From Aeropyrum pernix K1 (GTDB lineage Archaea > Thermoproteota > Thermoprotei_A > Sulfolobales > Acidilobaceae): DNA of 32,000 nucleotides. The position numbers and the translations under genes are program-made. Shown one piece after another: positions 1 to 9,643 of the stretch; the stretch's first letter is position 1, and every line of letters begins with the position of its first letter. Where the stretch lies: NCBI RefSeq assembly GCF_000011125.1, contig NC_000854.2, positions 1,637,697 through 1,669,696 on the forward strand. The letters run 5' to 3'. The notes beneath the pieces were generated by a model, which ran no database searches, was not told where the DNA came from, and saw nothing but the letters and a program-made list of their open reading frames with translations.

Positions 1-728
1 GGTGTACCCACGCATGTCCCTTCTGTTATGTCGACGCCATAAACAGGAGGTATCCCCGGAGGGGGCTTGAGGACCTCATAACTTCTACAGGCTGGGGAGG
101 CTATCTAGCGGTTCCCACTAACATCTTGGAGGCGATAAAGGAGACGCCGTGGTGGAGGTGGCGGGGTAGGGAGGTTTTCATGAGCAGCGCACACGACCCC
201 TACCTGCCAGCATTGGCTCGGTGGGCCCGGGAGATTCTTAGGAGGGCGCTCCCAGCCGGGCTCAGAATAATACTGCACACTAGGAGTATCCTCTACAAGC
301 GCGATCTAAGGATGTTCGAGCAGTATAGAGATAGGATTAGGATCCACGCCTCCGTGGCTACAATGAGCAGGCTTCACAGGATAATCGAGCCAAGAGCCCC
401 TCCTCCCCGTGTAAGGGTTAGAGTTCTGGCCGAGGCTTCCTCGAGAGGCTTGTCTACAGGAGCCTCCATATCACCTATACTCCCTCCAAACAAGTACAAC
501 CCCGACGTGTACAATGACCTCCTTGCAGTAGCAGAGGCTCTAGCAGAGGCGGGGGTCGAGGTTGTATACGGGGAGAGCCTCCACAAGAGGGGTGATAACG
601 TGATGAGGCTCTCAAGCCTTCTGGGCACGGATTTGAACCTGAGAGGGTGGGACAGGCATGCCGAGAAGCTCTTCTACAGGGCTATCGGAGAGTACGGATT
701 AAGGGGAGTATGGATTCCCGAGTGGTAG
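1..728 (+). CDS. Radical SAM protein (SplB/COG1533-like), 5' end cut by the window edge
   Basis: Frame 3 is open from nt 3. It begins C-THA-C-PF-C (nt 3-26), the CxxxCxxC radical-SAM cluster motif, and runs without a stop into the 126..728 ORF of the track. The family assignment beyond radical SAM is from memory of similar archaeal proteins. Confidence 0.65.
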   Translation, partial: CTHACPFCYVDAINRRYPRRGLEDLITSTGWGGYLAVPTNILEAIKETPWWRWRGREVFMSSAHDPYLPALARWAREILRRALPAGLRIILHTRSILYKRDLRMFEQYRDRIRIHASVATMSRLHRIIEPRAPPPRVRVRVLAEASSRGLSTGASISPILPPNKYNPDVYNDLLAVAEALAEAGVEVVYGESLHKRGDNVMRLSSLLGTDLNLRGWDRHAEKLFYRAIGEYGLRGVWIPEW

Positions 729-736
729 CCGGCTTC

Positions 737-1588
737 TCAGGCCTCCTTCACCCCGTTTATGGCCAGTGTGTAGCCAGCCGCCAGCAGGAATAGCGTTAGG
801 ACGGCTAGATAAGCTATCGACATTACCGGATCTTCCAGCGGCTTCCCCACAAGGTAGTATCTCACAAGGTCGGCCGCATGAGTGATCGGGTTTACCTGGG
901 CTACTGTTTTGAGCCAGTTCGGCATGAGGTCTATAGGGAAGAGGGCGCTAGAGCTGAACATGAGTGGTAGGTTGATGAGGTTAGCCAGGGCGAAGAGGAC
1001 CTCCTGGTGGGTTATGTTGAAGGCCATGCCTGTGAATAGGGATGAGAGGCCTAGGCTCATGAGCATGAGCACCAGCCACGCCATTACGAGGTCAATTATG
1101 GTTATACCGGGCTTGAGATGAAGCCCTAGGGGATAGGCTATAGCGAGGAGTATGAGGCTCAGCACGGTTATCCTGAACAGCGTGCCCAGGACCTTGGAGG
1201 CGAATATGCTGAACCTGGGTATGGGGGAGGCGAGAAGCCTGGTTAGATAGCCTATCCTCCTGTCGAAGACGACCCCCACAGCCCCGAACATGCTCTGGAA
1301 GAGGCTGAACACTGCAAGCATACCTGTTGCAACGTATGTAAAGTAGTCTTGCGTCCCAAAAACGCTCTCGAGCCTCCAGGCCATAACAGTCCTGAGAGCC
1401 TCGGCCACCGCCGGATTTAGACTGGGATCGCTTGTTTGGACGAGGTTGTACAGGTTGAAGCTCTTCCCGAAAAGGGCTATCCAGAAGATGGGTGTGATTA
1501 TGCTGACTAGGAGGACCGACCTCCGATTAACCCACTTGATTATTTCCCTCTTCGTTAGGATGAGGGTGGATACGATGATCTCCGCCAT
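737..1588 (-). CDS. ABC-2 type transporter permease
   Basis: 283-aa polytopic hydrophobic protein. Its ATG lies 1 nt after the stop of the upstream ABC ATPase (..GTGAGGTGAaATG..), so the two are translationally coupled. This is the typical ABC-2 exporter layout. Confidence 0.85.
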   Translation of the reverse strand: MAEIIVSTLILTKREIIKWVNRRSVLLVSIITPIFWIALFGKSFNLYNLVQTSDPSLNPAVAEALRTVMAWRLESVFGTQDYFTYVATGMLAVFSLFQSMFGAVGVVFDRRIGYLTRLLASPIPRFSIFASKVLGTLFRITVLSLILLAIAYPLGLHLKPGITIIDLVMAWLVLMLMSLGLSSLFTGMAFNITHQEVLFALANLINLPLMFSSSALFPIDLMPNWLKTVAQVNPITHAADLVRYYLVGKPLEDPVMSIAYLAVLTLFLLAAGYTLAINGVKEA

Positions 1589-1589
1589 T

Positions 1590-2591
1590 TCACCTCACCC
1601 CCCTGATCATCCTCCTGTACCTGAATGGGTCCAGGGGCTCTTCGCTCCCTCCTAGGGTTCTGCCTGTGAGTTCTATGAAGACGTCTTCGAGCGTCGCCCT
1701 GGTTATGCTGATGGCCTTCACAGGAAAGCCGTTTAGAGCCCTGGCAAGCTCTGGCAACAGAGTGTCAGCCCGGTCTACCCTAACCGCAACCTTGCCCTCC
1801 ACAACGCTGGGTTCAAGGCCTAGTTTCTCTTTCAGTGCGAGTACGAGGGGCTCTGTGTATTCCGGATCCTTCAGCTCGATATAGACTGTCTCTCCCTTAA
1901 CTCTAGCCTTCAGCTCTTCTGGAGTGCCCTCGGCAACGATTCTCCCCCTATCTATGATCGCCACCCTGTCTGAGAGCATCTCAGCCTCCTCCATGTAGTG
2001 TGTGGTTAGTAGTATGGTCACGGCGCTCCTTTTGAGGTCCTCGATATACCTCCACAGGCTTCTCCTCGAGTGGACGTCGAGGCCCAGGGTGGGCTCGTCC
2101 AGGAAGAGGACCTTAGGGCTGTGGACGAGGCTCATTGCTATCTCAAGCTTTCTCCTCATACCACCGCTGTATGTAGCCACCCTCCTGTGAGCCGCCTCCA
2201 TAAGGTCGAGATAATCGAGGACCTCCCTAGTCCTCTCCCTTGCCTCGCTCGATGGCAGGCCGTAGAGCCTCGCCTGTATATACACGTTGTCCCAGCCGCT
2301 CATCTCATCATCAGCTGTCAGGTCCTGAGGGACTAGGCCTATGACCCTCCTAACATTTCCCGGCTCCCTCACTATACTGTAGCCAGCTATCCAAGCCTCG
2401 CCGCTTGTCGGCCTCAGGAGGGTACTCAGCATCTTTATAGTGGTAGTCTTGCCTGCGCCGTTAGGGCCTAGGAGGGAGAACAGCTCTCCCCTGGCTATCC
2501 TAAAGCTCACTCCGTCAACCGCCCTGAAGCCGCCATAATCTTTCACAAGCTCCTCAGCCACTACCATAGCTTCGCTTTCCAACGCGTTCAC
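1590..2591 (-). CDS. ABC transporter ATP-binding protein (DrrA/ABC-2 exporter type)
   Basis: Walker A GPNGAGKTT, signature YSGGMRRKL, Walker B VLFLDEPT and an H-loop TTHYMEEA. GTG start at 2591 (alternative ATG at 2567). Confidence 0.95.
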   Translation of the reverse strand: MNALESEAMVVAEELVKDYGGFRAVDGVSFRIARGELFSLLGPNGAGKTTTIKMLSTLLRPTSGEAWIAGYSIVREPGNVRRVIGLVPQDLTADDEMSGWDNVYIQARLYGLPSSEARERTREVLDYLDLMEAAHRRVATYSGGMRRKLEIAMSLVHSPKVLFLDEPTLGLDVHSRRSLWRYIEDLKRSAVTILLTTHYMEEAEMLSDRVAIIDRGRIVAEGTPEELKARVKGETVYIELKDPEYTEPLVLALKEKLGLEPSVVEGKVAVRVDRADTLLPELARALNGFPVKAISITRATLEDVFIELTGRTLGGSEEPLDPFRYRRMIRGVR

Positions 2592-2766
2592 CTTACTCTA
2601 AACCATAACGAGTATTTCTAAAGTATATATATCTAAACCCAAGATAATATCTTTGGCTGTATGCTGGCTAACACGAGGACCTCGCCCGGGGCGGACCATA
2701 TATTAGTAAGCCTGCTTACATGTAACTATAAGCTGGTTCAACGCAATCCCCTGATGGTGGCAAGTC

Positions 2767-3558
2767 GTGAGGAGGATTGGCCTGGAAGCTCTGGAACGCG
2801 TCCTCTACCCGGTCATACCTGTTGTGGTTACCGCAGAACACCAGGGCCGTGTAGGTGGTATGCTTGCTGCATGGTGGATGCAAGCCTCCTTCACACCCCC
2901 TATCCTGGCGGTGGCTATCGCTCCCGAGAGGTATACGTACAAGCTTGTACGTGAGAGCGGGGTATTCGCTTTCAACCTTCTAGACTTCAAGCTCGTAGAT
3001 AAGGCTCCATTCCTAGGCGACGTGTCTGAGAGGCTACTGCCGGGTAAGATAAGGGAGGCTGGGTTAAACATTGTGAGAGGCGAGGTCCTAGGGGCTCCCC
3101 TGATAGCTGAGGCTTCCGCTGCTGTTGAGCTTGAGCTTGTTGATGTCGTTGAGGCGGGTGACCACGACGTATTCCTAGGTGAGGCGAAGGCTGTTTACAC
3201 CGTCGACGACTTCCGCGGGGGGATGTGGAGCCTGGAAACCTATAGGCCGCTGATGTATCTTGGCAGGACGAGGAGGCCCGGCCCGGTGTACAGGGTATAC
3301 CTCACTCCCCGGGGGTGGGAGAGAAGGGAGATCGAGTTCGCGGGCGGCAAGCTTAAACCACTGGCCGAGAAGAGGGTACGCCTGATCAGCAGGGTAGAGG
3401 AGGCTGTTAAGGCCAGTTCGAGCAGGGAGGAGGCTGTGGACGCCGTAAGAAGAATTCTCTCCGAGGAAGGCCTGGATCCAAGTGACGCGGAGTATCTCGT
3501 TGAGGACGCCCTCCGGAGGGCTAAGAGTTACCGGAGAAGGGGGCAGAGCAGCTCTTAG
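2767..3558 (+). CDS. Flavin reductase-like (FMN-binding split-barrel) protein with a charged C-terminal extension of about 80 aa
   Basis: The N-terminal ~170 aa (VVTAEHQGRVGGMLAAWWMQASFTPPILAVAI..FAFNLL..GDHDVFLGE) match the HpaC/flavin-reductase domain pattern. GTG start. Confidence 0.75.
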   Translation: MRRIGLEALERVLYPVIPVVVTAEHQGRVGGMLAAWWMQASFTPPILAVAIAPERYTYKLVRESGVFAFNLLDFKLVDKAPFLGDVSERLLPGKIREAGLNIVRGEVLGAPLIAEASAAVELELVDVVEAGDHDVFLGEAKAVYTVDDFRGGMWSLETYRPLMYLGRTRRPGPVYRVYLTPRGWERREIEFAGGKLKPLAEKRVRLISRVEEAVKASSSREEAVDAVRRILSEEGLDPSDAEYLVEDALRRAKSYRRRGQSSS

Positions 3559-3826
3559 GAGTCTTTGGCAGCTTTATTCTGAGGCTCTCTTGCATCGGAA
3601 AGTCTAGCTATGTAACTGTTCCCCCTTTACTCCGTCCGATTTCTATGCTTTATCCCGATCGTGGGGGTCGCGATTGTCCAATTTTTAGCCGCATATTGCG
3701 GTAGCTAACTTGGTTTAAACCTTTCGTTGTAAGCTTGCAAATGTGTGTTTATGGTGGGCGGGTATTAGCGCCGTCCAACACCATATATGCCTTGGTGTAT
3801 GGGGAGTGGGCGTCTCAGTGAGGCTA

Positions 3827-4960
3827 ATGTACATGAGGGATGCCGACCCCCACCTCTTCAACCTACCAGCGGTGCTAGCTCATGCGTTCTCCTCAGGGGA
3901 GCTAGACTGGTTTGAACCGCTACTCATGGTTATGGAAGGGTTTAGCAGGCCCTTCACCTACATGGGCTATTATCAGGATGTCGACAGGGAGGTAGACCTT
4001 TCAAGCATGGAGAAGTATGGCGTGGAGCTTGTTAGGAGGTGGAAGCTAGGTTATGGAAACATTTTCATGGACCGTGTAACAGGCGCCTGGGCTCTAGCGA
4101 TGCCATCCCCCCTTTACCAGGAGTTCTTTAAAACCGCCAACGAAGCCTTCGACATACTTGTCGGCAGGGTGTTTCTCGATACAGTTAGGAAGCTTGGAGT
4201 GGAGAACTCGTACTACGCTCCTCCCAACGACATTAGGGTTAGGATAGACGAGAGTAGGAGCAAGAAGCTGTGCGGCACGGGAGTAGATATAGCCGGCGTG
4301 GGCGGTGATAGGAGCGCACTCTACTTCAACGCGTTTACGAACCTCCGCCACCCCGATCCCGAGCTGCCCTTCAAGGTCCTCAAGATACCCCGGGAGAAGA
4401 TAATAGAGAAGGGGTTCACGGATCCTAGGGAGTACTTTGCTTCTATAGAGGTTGACGGGGGCAGGCCTCCAAAGCCTGGTGAGTTCCGCGATATTCTGGT
4501 GGAGACAGTCAGAGAGGTTATGGGTGTTGAGGTCGTGGAGGCAGGGCTTTCAAAGGAGGAGAAGATTATATGGGATAGGTATAAGGAGATGCTAACGTCC
4601 AGCAGGTTCAAGATGAGGAGGTCCACGAGACTGTTTAAAGCGTCAATGCCGCCCGGTACCCGATACGGCTTTGCCCAGATAAAGTACCGGAAGCTGGTGC
4701 AGGCTTCTGTAGCCGTTGACAGCGAGGGCATTATAAGAGCCGCCATGATCACCGGGGACTTCCAGCTGATACCGGCAGATGCTGACGAGGAGATAGTTAA
4801 GGCTATACTTGGCTTTAAGCACAGCCAGTATGGCGAGGCTGCTGATAGGGTGAGGAGGCTTGTGGATGAGAGGGGGATTATGATAATAGGGGCTAGCGCA
4901 GAGGAGTTTATCAAGCCTGTTTTCTTAGCCGCGGAAAAAGCTTTGGAAGGAGGGGAGTAG
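3827..4960 (+). CDS. Divergent BPL/LplA-family (lipoate-protein ligase-like) protein
   Basis: The order of motifs resembles LplA: DPHLFNLPAV.., VELVRRWKLGYGNIFMD (LplA has RRxSGGGAVYHD), KKLCGTGVD (LplA has K-x-SGSA), and C-terminal ITGDFQLIP..EIVKAILG. The ATG at 3827 is preferred over the ORF-track start at 3743, which adds a Cys/Trp-rich leader. Confidence 0.4.
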   Translation: MYMRDADPHLFNLPAVLAHAFSSGELDWFEPLLMVMEGFSRPFTYMGYYQDVDREVDLSSMEKYGVELVRRWKLGYGNIFMDRVTGAWALAMPSPLYQEFFKTANEAFDILVGRVFLDTVRKLGVENSYYAPPNDIRVRIDESRSKKLCGTGVDIAGVGGDRSALYFNAFTNLRHPDPELPFKVLKIPREKIIEKGFTDPREYFASIEVDGGRPPKPGEFRDILVETVREVMGVEVVEAGLSKEEKIIWDRYKEMLTSSRFKMRRSTRLFKASMPPGTRYGFAQIKYRKLVQASVAVDSEGIIRAAMITGDFQLIPADADEEIVKAILGFKHSQYGEAADRVRRLVDERGIMIIGASAEEFIKPVFLAAEKALEGGE

Positions 4961-4976
4961 GGGTAACCCTACGGGT

Positions 4977-6251
4977 CTACCTTGACCATACTCCCTTTTT
5001 AGTGTCAACCGCGTTCTCGGTTTTCGCCACTATAGTAGTCCCCACGAGGTCTCCTGTAACGTTCACCATTGTCCTGCCCATGTCTAGGATGACGTCTATA
5101 CCCGCTATGAGGCCATAGGCTAGAGCTACTGTGGGGTCGGTGAGAGAGAGGCCTAGGGCCTCGAGGACTATGGCTAGCATTATCAATCCCGCCCCGGGGA
5201 CGCCGGCGGTGCCTATGGATGCTAGTGTTGCCGCCAGGATTATCGAGAGCTGCTGGCCTATGGATAGGTCTATCCCGAGGGTGTTTGCTATGAAAAGGGC
5301 TGCTACCGCCTGGTACATGGCCGTGCCGTCCATGTTTATTGTGGCGCCGAGGGGGAGTGTGAAGCTGAATATCCTCCTGTCTATTGCCAGCTCCTCCTCC
5401 GCAACCTTCATCGTCACCGGGAGGGTGCCGCTGCTGCTCCTTGTTACGAAGGCCGTCGCCATCGCCTCCAGCGCTCCCTTGAAGAATTTCAACGGGCTGA
5501 AGCCGAAGAGCCTGAGTATCAGCGAGTAGACCCCCAGGACGTGTATGGCTAGGCCTATGTAGAGGGTGATCACGACAACGGCTAGAGGACCTAGGACGCC
5601 TGGGCCGGCTGTGGCCACGACATAGCCTATCAGGGCGAAGACGCCTATGGGAGCGTACTCCAGCACGCCCCTAACGATCTTGTACATGGACTCGGCGAGA
5701 CCGTCGAACACCCTGTAGACAGTCTCGCCGCCGCTCCTTAGCCTGTCGTCCCGCGAGGACCTCAGCAGCGCTACAGCCACTCCCAGGACTATGGCGAAGA
5801 AGATTATCTGCAGCACGTTACCCTCGGCCAGAGCCTTGAATGGGTTCGTGGGCACAATGTTTAGGAGGACCTCGCTAATGGGAGGGGGAGGCTTGACCTG
5901 TATCTCCTTCGCCTCCCCAGCCAGCTCCAGCCCGCGGCCAGGCTGGATTATGTTGGCCACAATGAGCCCGATAGTTATGGCGAAAGCTGTAGTGAACAAG
6001 TAGTAGACGAATATCTTGACGCCAACCCTGCCCAGGAGGCTGGCTGAGATACTCGCGGCACCTACTGCGAGGCTGAAGAACACTATGGGGGCCACTAGCA
6101 TCTTCAGAAGCCTTATAAACAGGTCGCCCAAGGGCTTGAGATCGACCATCACTCCCCCGATAACGATACCAGCAATTATCCCGAGTACGAACCCAACAGC
6201 TATCTTGTATAGAACCGGAATCTCTATGTAACGCCTAAACACTGTTGACAA
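4977..6251 (-). CDS. Sodium/proton:dicarboxylate (glutamate/aspartate) symporter, DAACS/GltPh family
   Basis: Hallmark motifs [10 protein letters not shown] (HP1) and [17 protein letters not shown], plus about 8 TM segments and re-entrant hairpins. TTG start at 6251. Confidence 0.93.
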   Translation of the reverse strand: MSTVFRRYIEIPVLYKIAVGFVLGIIAGIVIGGVMVDLKPLGDLFIRLLKMLVAPIVFFSLAVGAASISASLLGRVGVKIFVYYLFTTAFAITIGLIVANIIQPGRGLELAGEAKEIQVKPPPPISEVLLNIVPTNPFKALAEGNVLQIIFFAIVLGVAVALLRSSRDDRLRSGGETVYRVFDGLAESMYKIVRGVLEYAPIGVFALIGYVVATAGPGVLGPLAVVVITLYIGLAIHVLGVYSLILRLFGFSPLKFFKGALEAMATAFVTRSSSGTLPVTMKVAEEELAIDRRIFSFTLPLGATINMDGTAMYQAVAALFIANTLGIDLSIGQQLSIILAATLASIGTAGVPGAGLIMLAIVLEALGLSLTDPTVALAYGLIAGIDVILDMGRTMVNVTGDLVGTTIVAKTENAVDTKKGVWSR

Positions 6252-6287
6252 GAAAACCCACCCCCGACCTCCGGGCTTAAGAAGCCA

Positions 6288-6320
6288 GTCATATATATTG
6301 TTCCGGTCATATATATTGTT
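6288..6320. repeat. Exact tandem direct repeat GTCATATATATTGTT x2, separated by 3 nt
   Basis: 6288-6302 and 6306-6320 are identical 15-mers. They contain TATA-like cores and lie in the divergent intergenic region between the symporter (-) and the MBL gene (+). Confidence 0.9.
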
Positions 6321-6403
6321 ATTGCAAAGAGGGAGTTTAAACTCGCCCCAGCGACTCCTCTATATTTCTTCGGCCATGCCGTTACCAGGGGTGTTGAGGA
6401 TGG

Positions 6404-7450
6404 GTGTTTGGCGGGATGCCATTTAGGGTCGAGGCTTGGATCCCCATAGGTGATCTCGGGAGCGTCAATGTCTACGCCTTCACAGACGGAGCGTCAACAG
6501 TCCTAGTGGACTCTGGAATGTTCTCGGGGAAGAGCGTCTACACGCTTTTGAAGGGGCTTAGGAGGGTTGGAGTGGACCCTCGCTCGGTGGAGAGGATTGT
6601 AGTTACCCACTACCATGTAGACCATCTCACGGGGGCTGCTATTTTATGTGAGGCTCTGGGGGCGGAGCTTATGCTTGCGCGGGGCGACCTAGAGCTCCTC
6701 CTACGCGTTGGGGTGGAAGAGTATTTCCGAAGGGCCCTAGAGTTGCTAGCCCTAGCCGGGACTCCCAGGGAGGTTCTCGAGGAGATAAAGAGGTACTCGC
6801 CCGCCGTCAGGGTGGCTGAGGCTTATGGTGCTGTGGCAGAGCTGGGCCCAAAGCCTTTGGGGGAGGGTGATATCATTGAGATGCCGGGTCACGGGGATTA
6901 TCTTGTGCTGGAGACTCCTGGCCACACGCCAGGCCACATAGTCCTGGTCTCTCATGGAAAGAGGGAGGTTCTGTTAGGCGATACTGTGCTCCCAGACATA
7001 ACGCCGCACGTGTCCCTGCACAGCATAGATTCCGACCCCCTGGGGAACTACATGTCTAGCCTTTCCAGGATAGCGACTGAGACGGCTGGCTACCTTGGGC
7101 TCCCGGGCCACGGCAACCCTATGAAGGATGTGGCAGCTAGGGCTAGGCAGCTTACGAGGCACCACGTGGAGAGGCTTGAAGAGATTGTATACATACTTAG
7201 CAGGTTGGCTGGCGCGACCGCCTTCGAGGTCGCACAAAGAGTCGGGTGGAGCGTGGCTGGGGGTTGGAGAGGCCTTCCTCCTCTTGGCAAGTATCTCGCC
7301 CTCGGCGAGACTCTTTCACACCTAAGGAGGCTAGAGGTCCTGGGAGTTGTTGAGAGGCTCGAGGTTGAGGGGAAGTTGCGGTGGAGGCTGGCTGTGAACC
7401 CCCTTGATGCCGCCAGCCTTATAAAAGAGAGTTTTAGAGAGAGCGGTTAG
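6404..7450 (+). CDS. Metallo-beta-lactamase-fold hydrolase with a C-terminal winged-helix-like domain
   Basis: HxHxDH motif (THYHVDHLTG) and downstream His/Asp ligands (TPGHTPGH, GD). The C-terminus ..AFEVAQRVGW..LSHLRRLEVLGVVERL.. resembles a wHTH domain. Confidence 0.85.
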   Translation: MFGGMPFRVEAWIPIGDLGSVNVYAFTDGASTVLVDSGMFSGKSVYTLLKGLRRVGVDPRSVERIVVTHYHVDHLTGAAILCEALGAELMLARGDLELLLRVGVEEYFRRALELLALAGTPREVLEEIKRYSPAVRVAEAYGAVAELGPKPLGEGDIIEMPGHGDYLVLETPGHTPGHIVLVSHGKREVLLGDTVLPDITPHVSLHSIDSDPLGNYMSSLSRIATETAGYLGLPGHGNPMKDVAARARQLTRHHVERLEEIVYILSRLAGATAFEVAQRVGWSVAGGWRGLPPLGKYLALGETLSHLRRLEVLGVVERLEVEGKLRWRLAVNPLDAASLIKESFRESG

Positions 7451-7590
7451 AGCGTTAAGACGCTGCCTGGCCGTCGATGCTTAACCTGCTATAAACGTGC
7501 ATCAGGGGTAGAGTCTGCATCAATCAGAACCATTGGTTGCCGGTGAGGACCTCAAAGGGAGACGACTCGCCTGCGACCACCTGTGTCTGC

Positions 7591-8505
7591 TCACTCTTTA
7601 ATGTAGGGGCGGCCTAGCCAGGCTGGCATCCTCGGCTTCCTGAGGGCTACTAGGGTGACTGCAGCCAGTGTTGCTATGTAGGGGATGGTGTTGACCAGGT
7701 TGCTTGCTGCTGTCGCCTCAAGGCTTATGTTGAGGTATATTGCGAGCGCCTCTGAGAAGCCAAACACGTAGCCGCCCAGCAGGGCCGCCAGGGGGTTCCA
7801 GCCGCTGAACGCCACGTTGGCGAGGGCGATGAAGCCCCGGCCCGCCGTCATGTTCTTAGCGAACACCCCCTGGTAGTCTATGCTGAGGTACGCCCCCGCT
7901 AGTCCCGCCATGAGCCCGGCGAACCCCGCTGCAGCTACCTGGTAGAGAGCCACGTTAACCCCCATAGCCTCCGCGCTCCTAGGATCCTCACCACAGGACC
8001 TCAGCCTCAGCCCAGCTATGGTCCTGTATAGGAAGAGCCAAACGATAACCCCGGCGGCGAGGGATAATGGCACCATGGGGCTTATCCTGACACCAGCTAT
8101 CACGAAGCCTGGCATGGGCTCTACAGGGGGGCTGTTCGAGAAAGTACCCCATAGCATGTAGGTTCCAACCACTGTGGCTCCCGCCGAGAAGATGTTCAAC
8201 CCTACACCCGTAACTATCTGATCACCCTTAAGATACACACTCACAACGCCGTGGAGAACGCCTATAGACAGCCCCAAGAGAGCCCCCAAAAGGTAGCCTG
8301 CCAGAGGGCCCCAGCCCGTTAGGATGTAAACGGCCACAGCTGCCCACGCAGACGCAAGCATTATGCCCTCAAGCCCTATGTTCACAATCCCAGCCCTCTC
8401 AGACGCTATCTCACCTATAGACGCTAGTGTTATAGGGACCATGGCTGATGCCGCGAGCAGGGCCAGACTAGTTAAGTCCTCTAGAACAACCTCCACCAGC
8501 GCCAA
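7591..8505 (-). CDS. ABC transporter permease (BMP/nucleoside-type importer, second permease)
   Basis: 304-aa polytopic membrane protein, last gene of a four-gene operon with the BMP-family binding protein. Sequence style matches the branched-chain/ribose-type permease family. Confidence 0.85.
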   Translation of the reverse strand: MALVEVVLEDLTSLALLAASAMVPITLASIGEIASERAGIVNIGLEGIMLASAWAAVAVYILTGWGPLAGYLLGALLGLSIGVLHGVVSVYLKGDQIVTGVGLNIFSAGATVVGTYMLWGTFSNSPPVEPMPGFVIAGVRISPMVPLSLAAGVIVWLFLYRTIAGLRLRSCGEDPRSAEAMGVNVALYQVAAAGFAGLMAGLAGAYLSIDYQGVFAKNMTAGRGFIALANVAFSGWNPLAALLGGYVFGFSEALAIYLNISLEATAASNLVNTIPYIATLAAVTLVALRKPRMPAWLGRPYIKE

Positions 8506-8512
8506 CAGGCCC

Positions 8513-9643
8513 TCACCCCAGCCTTCCAGCTATAGAGCTGAGCCTCCGCGGTATGCCTGTGTATCTTAGGCCCGAGAGCGCTGCCACGGTGAATATAATC
8601 GCGCCGTTGACAACATCCGCAAGCTCAGCCGGAATCCGGGCAGTGACCTGTATCCTCTCGCTCCCAGACGCCAGGTCTCCCACGAAGAGGCTAGCAGCTA
8701 CTATGCCCAGAGGGTTATTCCTGCCGATAAGGGCTACCCCAATGCCCTCGAAGCCGTAGCCGAAGAGGCCTGAGAGGGTCGAATCTATCCTATAGCTGTG
8801 GCCCAATATTAGGAGGGCGCCGCCCAAGCCCGCCAGGACTCCCGCGGCGGCCATGGAGGCAAGCTTAACTCTACCGACAGCTACACCCCTGCTGGCCGCC
8901 GCATACTCGTTTGCTCCCGCAAACCGGTACCTGAGGCCGGGCACCGTCTTATATATAACTGTCCAGGCGGCCAGCGCCGTGGCAAGCGAGACGAAAACTA
9001 TCATGGGGAACCCTGACCTAAGATGCTCCTGGAGTGGCGGCGGCAGGAGCTCGCTTGGTATCCAGGGAATCCTAGCCTCCAGAGGCACCTCGAGGGTCAG
9101 GTGAGAGTACACGGGGTCCGCCAGATACTCGACGACAATGTACCTGAGGCTCCAGAACGCAATCCAGTTGAGCATTATTGTGCTGAGGACCTCGTTAATG
9201 TTCAGCTTCACCCTGAGGAGGCCGGCGAACAGCCCCATGAGGCCCCCTGCAACAGCAGCAGCCACCAATGCGGGGAGAGGGGTGTAGGGGAGTGTGAGGG
9301 CGGCCACTAGCGCGGCCGCCGCCCCCGCATACAGCTGCCCCTCCGCGCCTATATTGAAGAAACCCATCCTCAGGGGGATCGCGAACGCGAGGGCAGTCAT
9401 AACCAGGATAGAGGACCTCACCAGAAATATCTCCGGATAGTAGATGAAGCTTAGGAGAATGTCGGCCACACCCCTCAGGGGGTCCGCTCCCCCGAGGGCG
9501 AGTACGATAGCCCCCGCTACCAAGCCCAGGCCGACCGCCGCTAGAGTTAAGCTGAGGTCTCCCAGGCTTATGGCAACTGGTAGTCTAGGCACCCATGAGC
9601 ACCCCCAGCTTCTCAGGAGTAGCCTGACTCCTTTCGAGAACAC
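8513..9643 (-). CDS. ABC transporter permease (BMP/nucleoside-type importer, first permease)
   Basis: Polytopic membrane protein. The longest ORF overlaps the ATPase by 59 nt. A GTG at 9592 overlaps the ATPase stop (GGTGCCTAG) and is an equally plausible start. Confidence 0.85.
   Translation of the reverse strand: MFSKGVRLLLRSWGCSWVPRLPVAISLGDLSLTLAAVGLGLVAGAIVLALGGADPLRGVADILLSFIYYPEIFLVRSSILVMTALAFAIPLRMGFFNIGAEGQLYAGAAAALVAALTLPYTPLPALVAAAVAGGLMGLFAGLLRVKLNINEVLSTIMLNWIAFWSLRYIVVEYLADPVYSHLTLEVPLEARIPWIPSELLPPPLQEHLRSGFPMIVFVSLATALAAWTVIYKTVPGLRYRFAGANEYAAASRGVAVGRVKLASMAAAGVLAGLGGALLILGHSYRIDSTLSGLFGYGFEGIGVALIGRNNPLGIVAASLFVGDLASGSERIQVTARIPAELADVVNGAIIFTVAALSGLRYTGIPRRLSSIAGRLG

Noticed and set aside
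4321-4914. 197-aa ORF antisense to the LplA-like gene; likewise 9646..9996, 10126..10473, 10498..10803, 11288..11581, 12062..12385, 13235..13600 and others
   Set aside because: These are Ser/Leu/Thr/Pro-rich, low-complexity translations opposite strongly supported genes. They are classic antisense shadow ORFs.
7451-7590. Possible C/D-box sRNA or terminator in the MBL/ABC convergent spacer (hairpin AGCGT-TAAG-ACGCT; TGCATCA repeated twice)
   Set aside because: On neither strand are there canonical RUGAUGA and CUGA boxes in the required order and spacing. The hairpin is short and may act as a terminator at most.
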